Program-made: the position numbers and the translations under genes
NCBI RefSeq assembly: GCF_006345805.1
Contig: NC_043012.1
Coordinates: forward strand, 7,254,001 to 7,318,000
Origin: Octopus sinensis
Lineage: Eukaryota
Direction: 5' to 3'
Length of the DNA stretch: 64,000 bases
In this document: piece by piece, positions 12,323-24,918 of the stretch
Numbering within the stretch: the first letter of the stretch is position 1
Layout of the letters: each line of letters begins with the position of its first letter
Notes under the pieces: model-generated
The model's database searches: none
What the model saw: only the letters and a program-made list of their open reading frames with translations
What the model was told of the DNA's origin: nothing

Positions 12323-12705
12323 TATTCGAGACAAAACCACTATTTTGCAAAACAAACAAGGAAAGACTAATCAATACATAAATTTTAATAAATAGTCAAA
12401 AAACCGCCACTACAATCGTTCTTGTCTTGATCGACAATCTTCAGTGGACTTCCAATAATTCAGTGTCAAATTGACACTGAATTATTGGAAGTCCACCTGA
12501 AGATTGTCGATCAAGACAAGAAACGATTGTAGTGCGGTTTTTTTGACTATTTATTAAAATTTATGTATTGATTAAGTCTTTCCTTGTTTGTTTTGCAAAA
12601 TAGTGGTTTTGTCTCGAATAATATTTTATAATATTTTACTATAAAATCGATTTAATCCTAAATCTGATTTTTCCCTGTAAATTTGGATTTATTCCCTAAT
12701 ATTTA

Positions 12706-12710
<5 letters not shown>
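12313..12710. mobile_element. Fold-back element: 318-bp palindrome (centre 12470) plus ~80-bp one-sided tail, in (TA)n
   Basis: Arms 12313-12469 and 12471-12630 are reverse complements apart from a few single-base indels. Centre is CAGTGTCAA-A-TTGACACTG. Confidence 0.92.
12491..12536 (+). ncRNA. Minimal type I hammerhead; mirror copy at 12404-12450 (-)
   Basis: CCAC-CUGAAGA-UUGUC[GAUCAA]GACAA-GAAAC-GAUU-GUA-GUG(G): intact core, 5-bp stem II, GUA triplet. Each arm carries different 1-nt deletions. Confidence 0.75.
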
Positions 12711-12766
<56 letters not shown>

Positions 12767-13013
12767 AATAATGATCATGAAATTTAATTACACACTCAAA
12801 GGAAAAATTAGAGATTTCCGAACGCCATAAAATCATGGCAGTTAAAATGTAGGTTACTATGACCGAAGACCAGGATAATATTGGGGAAATTATATTAGAG
12901 AATAAACAAGAGCGAATAAGAAATGGAGAAAAATAATGATACTATAATATAGGTGATCACCTTTTATGTTACTTAAAGCGATAATGATATAAACTGGTAG
13001 AACAGGCTTTTAG

Positions 13014-13596
13014 TCTTTTCTATTCTAGGCAGAGGGTCCGAAATTTTTGGGGAGGAGGCCAGTCGGTTAGATCGACCCCAGTAGGCAACTGGTACATAAT
13101 TTAACGACCTCGAAAGGAAAATAAACAAAGTCGACCTCGGCGGAATTTGAACTTAGAAAGTAAAGACAGACGAAATACCTCTTTCTTTACTACCCACAAG
13201 GGGCTAAACACAGAGAGGACAAACAAGGACAGACAAACGGATTAAGTCGATTATATCGACCCCAGTGCGTAACTGGTACTTATTTAATCGACACCGAAAG
13301 GGTGAAAGGCAAAGTTGACCTCGGCAGAGTTCGAACTCAGAACGTAGCGGCAGAGGAAATACCTATTTCTTTACTACCCACAAGGGGCTAAATATAGAGG
13401 GGACAAACAAGGACAGACAAAGGGATTAAGTCGATTATATCGACCCCAGTGCGTAACTGGTACTTATTTAATCGACCCCGAAAGGATGAAAGGCAAAGTT
13501 GACCTCGGCGGAATTTGAACTCAGAACGTAACGGCAGACGAAATACCGCTAAGCATTTCGCCCGGCGTGCTAACGTTTCTGCCAGCTCGTCGCCTT
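13014..13596 (-). mobile_element. SINE family B tandem: one full copy plus two head-less copies
   Basis: Three successive GGTCGAT/AAGTACCAG cores, with junctions at GAAATACC near 13178 and 13362. Confidence 0.85.
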
Positions 13597-13684
13597 AGAA
13601 TGAGCTTTTACTTCTTCAGTAGTCTCCCTTTTCCTTTTTTCGTCACTCAATATCCTCAACTCCCATCTCTCGATTTGTTTCAAA

Positions 13685-13881
13685 TCCTGGCACAAGGCCG
13701 GCAATTTCAAGGAGGGATTAATTCCATTAAATCGACCCCCAGTATTCAACTAGTGGATATTTTATTGACCCCGAATGTTAAAGTGGACTTCAGCAAAGTT
13801 TGAACTCAGAACGTAAAGACGGACGAAATGGCGCTAAACATTTTACTCGGCGTGCTAACGATTCTGCCAGCTCACCACCTT
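13685..13881 (-). mobile_element. SINE family B (further copies at about 13975-14150+, 14180-14345+, 34195-34410+, 40680-40870+, 52722-52915+, 57355-57550-)
   Basis: Same head and GGTCGAT core as the 11926-12143 copy. Confidence 0.75.
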
Positions 13882-14362
13882 CCATTCACGTCTATATTAT
13901 TTCTAATTATTGGTTGTGGAATTTGTCATTAATAGAATATCAAAACGTGCACCATGGCAAAACTGTCTGAGCATCGAGCGAATTGCCTGATAGTATTTCG
14001 CTACGGACCTTTACGTCCTGAGTTCAAATACTGTCAAGGTCAAGTTTGGTTGTTATATTTCCATGGTCGATAAAATTTAACACCAATCAAGAACTAGATT
14101 GGATTTAATCAATTAACTTCGATCTCTCCTATTTCAGGCGTTAAACCTATGTCAGAAACAATCATACTTAAAACAGAAAGGGCTGTGAGCTGGTAGTACC
14201 GGACCAAAATGTTTAGAGGCGTTTCTACCGGCTCATTACGGAATTCCAGCGTGGTCGACTTTGCTTTTCATTTCTTTCTTTCACTGTCAATAAAATAAGT
14301 ACTAGTCGAGCAAGGAGATCGATGTTATCGATTGCCCCCCCCCCAAAAAAAAAATTCTGATG

Positions 14363-14452
<90 letters not shown>

Positions 14453-14628
14453 ATGTATGTATGTATAAGTATATTAAGGGAGCAAAGGCAAAGAAACGAG
14501 CTATCTCCTGTTTTCACTCGCTCGCCTACAATCCGTGTATATCATTGGGAGCTTTTCTGTAGAACCTGACTGGTTCGGCATTTTTAAGCATGTTGGAGAT
14601 AAGCCGTTTTTTTTTGGCCCTTGCTTCC

Positions 14629-14662
<34 letters not shown>

Positions 14663-14665
<3 letters not shown>

Positions 14666-15903
14666 GGTTGTCAACTACGTTCCCGCGGTTTTTTTTTCAT
14701 TTAAATTTTTTAAAAGGTTCAATAAAAAATAACAACTAATTAATCAATAATGTATTCACACTTGTTGTTTACAACTTCTTCCCAATGTTCAACAAGATTT
14801 TAATACCTCGTTGGTAGAAATCACCAAGCTCTCAATTCTACATCAGAAGTGCACAAAACTCCGCGCATAGCATTTGAAAGAGATCAAAAGAGGTGGAAAT
14901 CCGCTGGTGCCAAATCAGGAGAATACGGCAAGTGTGGTAGCACTTCCCAGCCATACGTTTGAATGGCTTCTTTGGTCATATTGGCGATATGAGGGCAGGC
15001 GTTGTCGTGCAACAGAAGAACACCATGCGGCCGATTAGGTCTTTTCTCTTGAATAGCCATGTTGAGTCATTCCATCTGTTGAACATAGAGTTCCGCGTTG
15101 ACCGTTTGGTTCCGTTCAAGCAATTCGTATTGGATAATCCCTTCCCAGTCCCACCATACGCACAACATCGTTTTACGAGAATGAAGATCTTGTTTCACAG
15201 GCATTGTTGCTTGTTTACCGGGGCTAAGCCATTCCTTACGCTGCTTCATATTGATGTACAGGCACCATTTTTCGTCGTTGGTAACGTTTTGGTAAAGAAA
15301 TCGTTACTTGTGTCCATGAGTTGAGCGGTGACGAGCAAGCAAACCAGCGTAGATTGTGGCTTGTTGATTTTTGTTGTCACTTAAAGCATGCGGAACCCAT
15401 GCTCCATACTTCTGAACATTTCCCGTCGAGTGAAGAAACTTCCCTATAGCAGTGTGCGAGCATTCTATGTTTTTGCCAGTTCCCTTGTCGTTTGACGAGA
15501 ATTTTCGTACAAAATTTGGTTTAATCGCTCTTCACCGAACTCAATTGGATGGCTAGAAGGAGGTGCGTCTTTGAAGTCAATATTTTCATTTTTGAACTTG
15601 GCATACTAATCATGAGCGGTTCTTTCAGCTATGGCACCCTCTCCATACGCAGTGCAAACGTCGCGAGCAGCTTTTGCGGCCTTAGGACCTTGATTAAAAG
15701 CAAAAAGAAAGAGGTGTCGAAAATGCTCATTTTTCTTAACTTGACATTCCATTCTAATGATCTGAAAATTTACAAAAATTAACTTAAATTACCTAGGGAA
15801 AAAAAACAAGCCAAATAGATTCCAAAATCATTCAAAATAGAATTCTCGAAAAACATAGATTCCAAAATTTAAAAAACAGCGGGAACTTAGTTACCAACCC
15901 ACA
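14663..15903 (-). mobile_element. Mariner DNA transposon, near full length, decayed
   Basis: Imperfect ~28-bp TIRs (GTGGGTTGTCAACTACGTTCCCGCGGTT at about 14663; AACAGCGGGAACTTAGTTACCAACCCAC at about 15875). TA flanks; about 1.24 kb. Confidence 0.92.
14740..15752 (-). pseudogene. Mariner transposase with stops and frameshifts
   Basis: MECQVKKNEHFRHLFLFAFNQG..., TMLCVWWDWEGIIQYELL, PYSPDLAPADFHLF, ending HWEEVVNNKCEYIID*. Confidence 0.92.
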
Positions 15904-15911
15904 ATATATTA

Positions 15912-15954
<43 letters not shown>

Positions 15955-15984
15955 ATATATATACATATATATATACACATAAAC

Positions 15985-16055
<71 letters not shown>

Positions 16056-17195
16056 TGCATACACACACATACACACACACATATATATATACACATCAAG
16101 ATTAAACAGTTTTTAATGCATCTCGATTATTTGTTACTCAGTAACTACCACTCAATAAATGCTTATCGCCGCTGCCCTATAACTATCTTCAACTTGTTGA
16201 ACTCTCAAAGGATAATCAAAGAGTGCTTCAAAAATTCTAAGTTTTAAATCATTTTATTCCAAATGGTTATCTAGCAAGATATTTTGGTCCATTGGTTATG
16301 ATTGTTGGCACTGTAATTATGGCTATGTCTACATATTAATTATTTTCTTTTCCGTTTTTTTTCCTCCTCTCCATCTATTTCACATTTCTCTCCTCCGAAA
16401 TTTCCCAGAGCCCTTCGCGATTTTTCTTTAAGTTATTTTCTCTTGAATTCTAATTAAATGAATCGCCGCCCTTAATCAAAGCTAATATTGTATTAGTTCT
16501 GCAATAATTAATCGGAGAAATTTAATCGAGAGGAATCAAGTAAATGAATAAGTAACTCCCAGATTTATTAACCATGTGACTCCTTTGATGTTCTAAATGA
16601 TATACCACAATAAATGGCTTCTTTGGAGCAACGGCGGCAACTGTCCTCAACGGTATTTTGATAGGGTTAACGCCTGCTATCCGCTGGTATATAAGCTGAT
16701 TTTGCCAGTACCAGCCTTTATGAGCGACGTCGCTAAGTTAAGTGATGTCTTTAGAATAGATACGCCATATAACTACTCTATTATTTCTACTATGCACCCT
16801 CGTATTTTGACAGATTGTAGTCCCACCTCTTTTATACTTCTTAAATATTCATAATTCTGATTCGAAATTTCACAAGTTGATGATCTGGTCATTCATCAGT
16901 ATGTCTCTGCCCGCTTGTATATTCGGCCAACTTGATGCGTTGAGAGATGCGTAAAAGATTACATTATCTTACGGTCGTTATGCATACTATATATCTAACT
17001 GTGCCATGTTTACGCCACAATCAATATTCTTAATGAAAAAATTGTAGCAGTGCAAGATATCCGTTTCACCTTGGTTTATTATGTTTTATACACAAACACA
17101 CACACACACACATATATGTATATATACATATATATATATGTATATATGTACATATATATGTATATATATATATATGTGTGTGTGTGAGTGTGTGT

Positions 17196-17239
<44 letters not shown>

Positions 17240-18049
17240 TTATATATGCATGGAGATACTGGTATGGGTAGAGACGAAGCTACAGAAAGTAATTACAGCG
17301 GGATCGAACGCAGAAACTCAAGGTTATGAACTATACTTGTTAACCATTCAGCCATACTACGCCTACTTGTATAATGTGAGTGTGAGTGTGTGCGTGTGTG
17401 TAGATTTGGAGACGATTGGATATGTGTTTGAGAAGGTGTGCATACATGTATCGATTGATTTCGTTGTATATGCATGCATGTGTGTACATACGCACGAATA
17501 CACACACCTCCTGCACTCTCTCGTTTCTTCTCCAGCAACATCTCCAGCTACCAGCACCCATGAAATGGTTTCTCAGCTGCCGTTACGTTGCGTATCCTTA
17601 GAAACCCGAAATTGATTCCATGCGTTAAATATAATTTTACAATATTTGTTTGTATGTGTGTGTGTTGTGCAGATGCACACAAAACACAATAACACACACA
17701 CACACTCGTACATATGTATATATATGTGTGTGTGTGTGTGTATTTATATATATATATATGCGTGCATACATATATGTATACATGCGTATATACTCATATA
17801 TGCACACATACACACAGGCATACTCGCAAATATATAAAGACATACGATACACATACACATATACATATATGTCCACTCACTGGAAGCATATTAAAATATA
17901 CATACATACATACATTCATACATACATACATACACATACATTCATACATACATACATTCATTAATACATACGCACATATATTCATACATACATACATGAG
18001 TGTGTGTGTATGTATACATGACGCATTACACACACACACACACACACAC

Positions 18050-18087
<38 letters not shown>

Positions 18088-18491
18088 CACGCACACACAC
18101 ATGAGCATATAATTTTCTGCTTACACAACAATTTCCATACCACTCTGAAGCCTGGCAATAAAAGCTGAGTTTCTGGCAAGCGTCATTAACCAATTTGGAC
18201 AGCAAAGCCAACTTCTTCAATTCACACTCCGATTATTAGGCACCATTTGACCTTTCTTATATTACTCATCCATACCTGGGCGTAAACATGGCGTATCATC
18301 ACTGAAATCCCATCATCCACCTTGCTCTTTATGTACAGTTTCGGCCCCAACAATCCTTCTAACCCCACACTAACTCTCTATCCACGTGATTGCGTGTGTG
18401 AATGTATATGTGTATATATATATATACATATATATACACGCATAGATACATGCATACATGCATACATATATATACATGCATATGTATATGT

Positions 18492-18537
<46 letters not shown>

Positions 18538-18553
18538 TGCATGTGCGTATATT

Positions 18554-18604
<51 letters not shown>

Positions 18605-18740
18605 TCAATAAATGGTGGGGTTGTGTTGACCGCACGTGGAGAAATGATAAGTAAGGAAAAATTTTTTTAAGAATGCAGAATGCTCAAATGAAAGAAAATT
18701 TTAATAAAATGAGAAATTGATAAAATATAAAATATATATT

Positions 18741-18782
18741 TATTCAAACCGGTTTTCGTCATTGTATGACTTGTCAAGAATA
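18741..18782 (-). ncRNA. Minimal hammerhead variant (U3-A8 core) in PLE pLTR; also at 20816-20856 (+) and 52235-52275 (+)
   Basis: UAUUC-UUGACAA-GUCAU[ACA]AUGAC-GAAA-ACCGGUU-U-GAAUA: 5-bp stems I and II, palindromic AACCGGUU at stem III. The two + copies lack one T before GAATA. Confidence 0.65.
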
Positions 18783-19131
18783 TTTATGTTTTAAAAAGTT
18801 TTTTTTTAAATTAGAAAGGGGAAAAAAAGAAAATTGCATTGTTTTTTGTAAAAGAATAATGATAAAAATGTACAAAAATTAAAAAATAAGTTCTCCGATA
18901 CATTGTGAGTTCGTTGTGTATCTTGAGTTTTATGATTGTTCACGAAAAAATTACCTTGAGGTGTTAAGATCCAAATGGATTAAGAGCATGTGTTGTGTTG
19001 TTTAATTCAGCATGTTTGCAGGACAGGAAGTAGTAGTAATTGTGGTACTTCAGTTCCTGTGTTGTGAGTAAGGGGAGACAACTCTTTTGAGTTCTTCAAT
19101 AAAACCCAAATTATAAAATTATCATTTTAGC

Positions 19132-20193
19132 TGGAAAAGGTATTTAGATGATTGTTTCATCATATGGAAAGAACCTTTTGAAAAACTCCTGGAATTCAAA
19201 ACCATACTAAACAACATACATCCCAACATTCAATTCACTATGGAATTAAGCAAACATCATCTCCCATTCCTTGATCTCCTAATTATAAAAACACCTAAGA
19301 ACCAAATCATAACAGACATCTACCACAAACCTACCGACTCACAACAATACCTCCTCTTTAGTTCATGCCACCCAAAACACACCAAGACAAATATCCCTTT
19401 CAATTTAGCTAAAAGGGTATGCACCATTGTCTCGGATCCAAAAACACGAGAAATACGCCTTCAAGACCTCAAAAAAACACTATTACAACGTCAATATCCC
19501 TCCACCCTTATAGAGTATGGAATAAAACGCGCCAAAGAACTAGACAACACTACACTGAAAACCACCCAACCTAACACCACACACAACCTCAAAATACTTC
19601 CATACATTTCCACCGACAACCCCAAAAATATCGAAGCATACACCACAATCATACAAAACTCAGTCTACTGTCAACAGACCCAAAAATGAAAAACATTATA
19701 AATACACACAAAATCCTCAAATGCAAAAGGCAACACAAATCTTTAAAAAACTCTTGACAAATGCCAAACTTCACACACCACATCCACCCCCAACAGTAAA
19801 AAATGTGCACGCTCAAACTGTGGTACCTGCCCCTTTCTACTTGAAGGCTCTGAATTTACCTTCAAACAAGGTACGAAGTTTAAAATCAAGACTAACTTCT
19901 CCTGTTCCTCCGAGAACCTTATCTACGTTCTCACATGCGCTGGTTGCCAACATAATTATGTTGGACAAACGAGTCTCCCGTTACGTAAACGAGTAACGGT
20001 GGATAAAGAACAAATAAATCTCCCGGAATACCGACAAATTCCACTGAGTGACCACTTAGACTCATGTGCTAAAGATTTAAACCCCAAATTCTATATATTC
20101 CACTTCTACCAATGTAAAGACGGGATCACCACACAGGAGAATCTCTTTATTGAAAAATTCCAAACACAACTTAATATGCAAACTCCTCGTTGA
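19132..20193 (+). pseudogene. PLE reverse transcriptase C-terminus plus GIY-YIG endonuclease, frameshifted
   Basis: WKRYLDD (YLDD at 19141-19152), LPFLD, YHKPTD..YL...SCHP, linker CARSNCGTC, then LIYVLTCAGCQHNYVGQT (19918-19971). Frame breaks between about 19600 and 19800. Confidence 0.92.
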
Positions 20194-20947
20194 TCAAACT
20201 TCCTTTCTCTACCTCACTCCTCATGGATGGACTAACACAAATATATAAAGATACCATGCATTCATCACTTCAAGCTAAAACTTATATTCTTTAAATATCA
20301 TTTTTACTATTGTTGTTATTACTATCATTTTTATTATAAATGATATGACAATTTGAAATGCAATTGTCTATGCAGATTTATATAATTAGAAAATAATATA
20401 AATAAAGTGTTAAAATCTGAAAGTTAAGTTAACAAGCAATTATATAAAAAAGATAATGCAAATGAAGCTAAAATGATAATTTTATAATTTGGGTTTTATT
20501 GAAGAACTCAAAAGAGTTGTCTCCCCTTACTCACAACACAGGAACTGAAGTACCACAATTACTATTACTTCCTGTCCTGCAAACATGCTGAATTAAACAA
20601 CACAACACATGCTCTTAATCCATTTGGATCTTAACACCTCAAGGTAATTTTTTCGTGAACAATCATAAAACTCAAGATACACAACGAACTCACAATGTAT
20701 CGGAGAACTTATTTTTTAATTTTTGTAAATTTTTATCATTATTCTTTTACAAAAAACAATGCAATTTTCTTTTTTTCCCCTTTCTAATTTAAAAAAAAAC
20801 TTTTTAAAACATAAATATTCTTGACAAGTCATACAATGACGAAAACCGGTTGAATAAATATATATTTATATATTTTATCAATTTCTCATTTTATTAAAAT
20901 TTTCTTTCATTTGAGCATTCTGCATTTAAAAAAAAAATTTTCCTTAC

Positions 20948-21003
<56 letters not shown>

Positions 21004-21066
21004 TATATATATGTATATATAAATATACGCACATGCACTCATATATATATATATATATACATATAC

Positions 21067-21099
<33 letters not shown>

Positions 21100-22317
21100 T
21101 ATGAGTGCATGTGCGTATATATATACATATATATGTAGTGATGGGGGTACGCACGAAAATTATGTATTGAAATATAGTAATCCTTTGGAAACGCGATCAT
21201 GGGAAGAAAGTATGTTATATATATATTTAATTGATAAGCAGCCGCCGGTTTCGATTATTTTAAGAAAGACTATTCAGTCATAATGAAATAAAAGGAAAAA
21301 TTAAATTAACGTTGCTTAATATCATTTCTATTACCCAACAACAATCAGGGGAAAACCAAATGTAACACATTGTGATTATTATAAGGAAAACCTATGAACT
21401 CCCAGAACTGATATTAGGAAAGATAAATCTATTAATAATTCATTTTATTGCAATTTATTTCCCTTTATATCAGCATGACTAAATCATCATGTGAAAGGGA
21501 TTAAAACCGGTAGCTTATTTAGATAAAAAAAAAGGTTAATACTTTGTTATTTTTTCGTTGAATTCTCAAAGTATTGTTCCTTTTCTTTTTTAATATATAT
21601 CTACTCGTGCGAAACCGCTTAACTTTTTTGTGTATTCACACATGTGTGACCTTGTGTGTGACTCTGTGTGTGTGTGTGTATGTGTGTGTGTGTGTGTGTA
21701 TGTGTGTGTGTGTGTGTGCTTGTTTGTCTTTTTGTTTGCCACACCCACACAGCTTGACAACCGTTTTTGACTGTCCACGTCCCCGTAGCTGACCGGTTCG
21801 GCAAAAGATGTTTGATAGATTAAGTGACAGACTTAAAATAGAAATACTGAAGTGCCCCAGTATGGCCCTACTCCAAAGACTGGAACAAGGAACAGTTAAA
21901 AGACACACACACACACACGTGAGCACGTGAGCACATAAGTGCAAAACAATGTGGAAAAAATAGTACTCGAGTATTCATCGCAACGGTCTGACGAAAGGGA
22001 ACGTGAAACTTTGTGTAAAAGGTCTGTGATAATATTGCAGCTGTAATGGAAAGTATATATATATATATATATGTGCGTGTATGTATGTATGTATGTATGT
22101 ATGTATGTATGTATGTATGTATGTATGTATGTATGCATGTTTGGCCGCAGACAATTGACTAAAATAAGTAAAAGAATAAAAGAATATATATAGTACTACT
22201 ATATTTAGAGCTTAACGCAAATTACCATAATCCAGTTTGCTTGCTATATGGTTGTTAAGTAACTATTAACTGAACAGTAGTAGCATTACTAATTATGGAA
22301 CTACAGAGCAAATATAG

Positions 22318-22630
22318 GAGAAATCAGAATAAACACAAGTTTATATCATAGTTCCTACACACGTTTCACCGTTACGGCTGTTTGGACCCTTGCAATAGAC
22401 ATTCCAACTTCATTTGATGCTCAGCCACAACGTATCAACAGAGGAACCACTATATTGCATTAAGTTACAGATGCAGTTTTCTGTAACTTAATGCAATAAA
22501 GTGTTCCGTAATGCTCCGTTGTGGCTGAGCATTAATGCAACTGGAACTACCAATGCAGGATTCCAAACAACCGTCATGTTGAAACGTGTGTAGGAACAAC
22601 AATATAAACTTGTGATTATCCTTATTTCTC
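22318..22630. repeat. Old degenerate ~310-bp palindrome, centre about 22475
   Basis: Perfect 19-bp (22453-22471/22480-22498) and 16-bp (22417-22432/22517-22532) inverted blocks, plus imperfectly matching outer arms. Confidence 0.85.
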
Positions 22631-22726
22631 TCTACACAATGTGAGAGATAAATATACATACCTGCATATATGAGCACAAACTAATGTAAATTGGTGTACA
22701 CATACACACACACACACACATACACA

Positions 22727-22778
<52 letters not shown>

Positions 22779-23866
22779 ATATATATACACACACACATAT
22801 ACATGTACCTACATATATATATTATCAATCTGGTATGAAACTATCTTGCTGTCTGTTCGTTAATTTATCAGTTTGTGTTCCCGATTTTCTATAGATTCTT
22901 ATAAAACCCTTCCCACTACTTCCCTCAACCCATCCGTCAATCTATCTCTAAATATTTCTTCCTGTAACTCTATCTAATATTTGATTATATTTGCAATGTC
23001 GGGTTGCCTATTTTTCTTCGCTGGTCTATCTATCTGTCTGCCTGTCTGTTTGTCTGTCTATCGATATATCTATGGTATATAATTTATTCTGTCCTTCTCT
23101 CTGTCCTATCTCCCATTCCTCCCCCTCTCTCTCTCTCCCCCTTTCTCTCTTCCTTTCACTCATCTTAGCTCCCGTTTAGTTTCCTTCCGCTCCTATTTCG
23201 TCCACACCGCTCCCCGTTCCTTTCACTTCCCTTCCGCTCTAGTCCGTTCTTTTCTTTCCGGCCTCAGCTAGCATCTAACGGCCCCATTCCGTATACATAG
23301 CCTCCTACCCTGCCCTTTTACTTCTCTCTCTCCCTCTCTCCCTCTTATATGTATATATATCTCTCTCTGTGCTCCTTTTCGCTCCCTTCCGTTCCCTTCA
23401 CAAATAACGACATCTTATATCAAAGCTCCCTCGTCTACATCCACAATCACAACCACCGCCTTGCTCTTCTCTCTTCTTCCCCTCACTCCGCCTCTGTCTC
23501 TGACTCTGCCCTCCGCAATCATCACTGTAGCTTCGCCATTTACCAGAAGGGAAGAACGCTGTACATGTTTGGCAATTATAAACGTTCCTGGAGTCGTCAA
23601 ATATCAACGACTTCACGATACACAAAATTACAAGCAATTCATTCCTTTGCACACTTAAAGCTTACAAGTAGATTTTAATATACGTTGATATGGCTTTCAT
23701 GCCAACAGGTTCACGCCAGACTGGTTTAAATCAGCCGACACTGCGATCCACACTCCAAAACCGCCATCATCTCTCTTTACTTCCTCTCTGTAACAACACT
23801 ATCCATTTTCTTCCACCCACCACTCCTCATCTCGCTGTATCAGTATGTATATTATGTGTCCGTACA

Positions 23867-23996
<130 letters not shown>

Positions 23997-24094
23997 CCTG
24001 AGCGCCATACTAATACAATTGTTCGTTTGTTTTCCACCTGCCTTCGTCTTTTGTTTATTTTCATAAAGCTTCCCGTTATATATATATACATACA

Positions 24095-24213
<119 letters not shown>

Positions 24214-24840
24214 GTGGGGGTAGTATTCACGTTCAAAGGTATGTGTGTATATGTGTGAATGATGGAAAGCGACTGTATATTGAGTGTGACCATTATTTAC
24301 ACACATATATACATACATTTATACATATATATATATATATTCATATACAGATATGTACAGATATAATTGTGCATATGTAAGTATATATGTATATGTGTGC
24401 CTGGGTGTGCATGTGTGTGTGTAGACAAATATTTTTGCGTGTGTAAGTTATGGAAGGCGACTTCATATTGAATTATGAACATTTACATATATATACATAT
24501 GTACACAGACATATATACCTATATATGTATGCGTCTGTGTATGGATGTGTGTGGACACCACATTAGGTATGATCAAGCTATATATATATAGAGAGAGAGC
24601 GAGAAGGGGGAGAGAGAGAATTAAACGCAGGTGTTTTTCTTGGTACTTATGTGAATTTTTACTACCCTGGTAACTATTTATTTATTTTTTGCGTGTTATT
24701 TGAACACATTGAAAAAATTCACACATTTATATATATATATGACCCTTATATATATTATATATACAAGGATAGCTATATAAATATGCATAAATATATATAT
24801 ATATATATATAATTATATATATATATATATGCATATATAC

Positions 24841-24918
<78 letters not shown>

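Larger units (their letters stand above)
18602..20948 (+). mobile_element. Penelope-like retroelement, 5'-truncated, with inverted pseudo-LTR (18602-19132 vs 20466-20948); Neptune-like (tentative)
   Basis: 18650-19132 is the reverse complement of 20466-20948 with a few substitutions. It encloses an RT/GIY-YIG reading frame and has (TA)n on both sides. Confidence 0.92.

Noticed and set aside
16597-17615. Non-repetitive islands as possible host exons
   Set aside because: Splice-like signals exist, but no recognisable protein similarity; RNA-seq would be needed.
23500-23780. Possible very old GIY-YIG/PLE remnant after a pyrimidine tract
   Set aside because: Motifs could not be aligned convincingly by eye.
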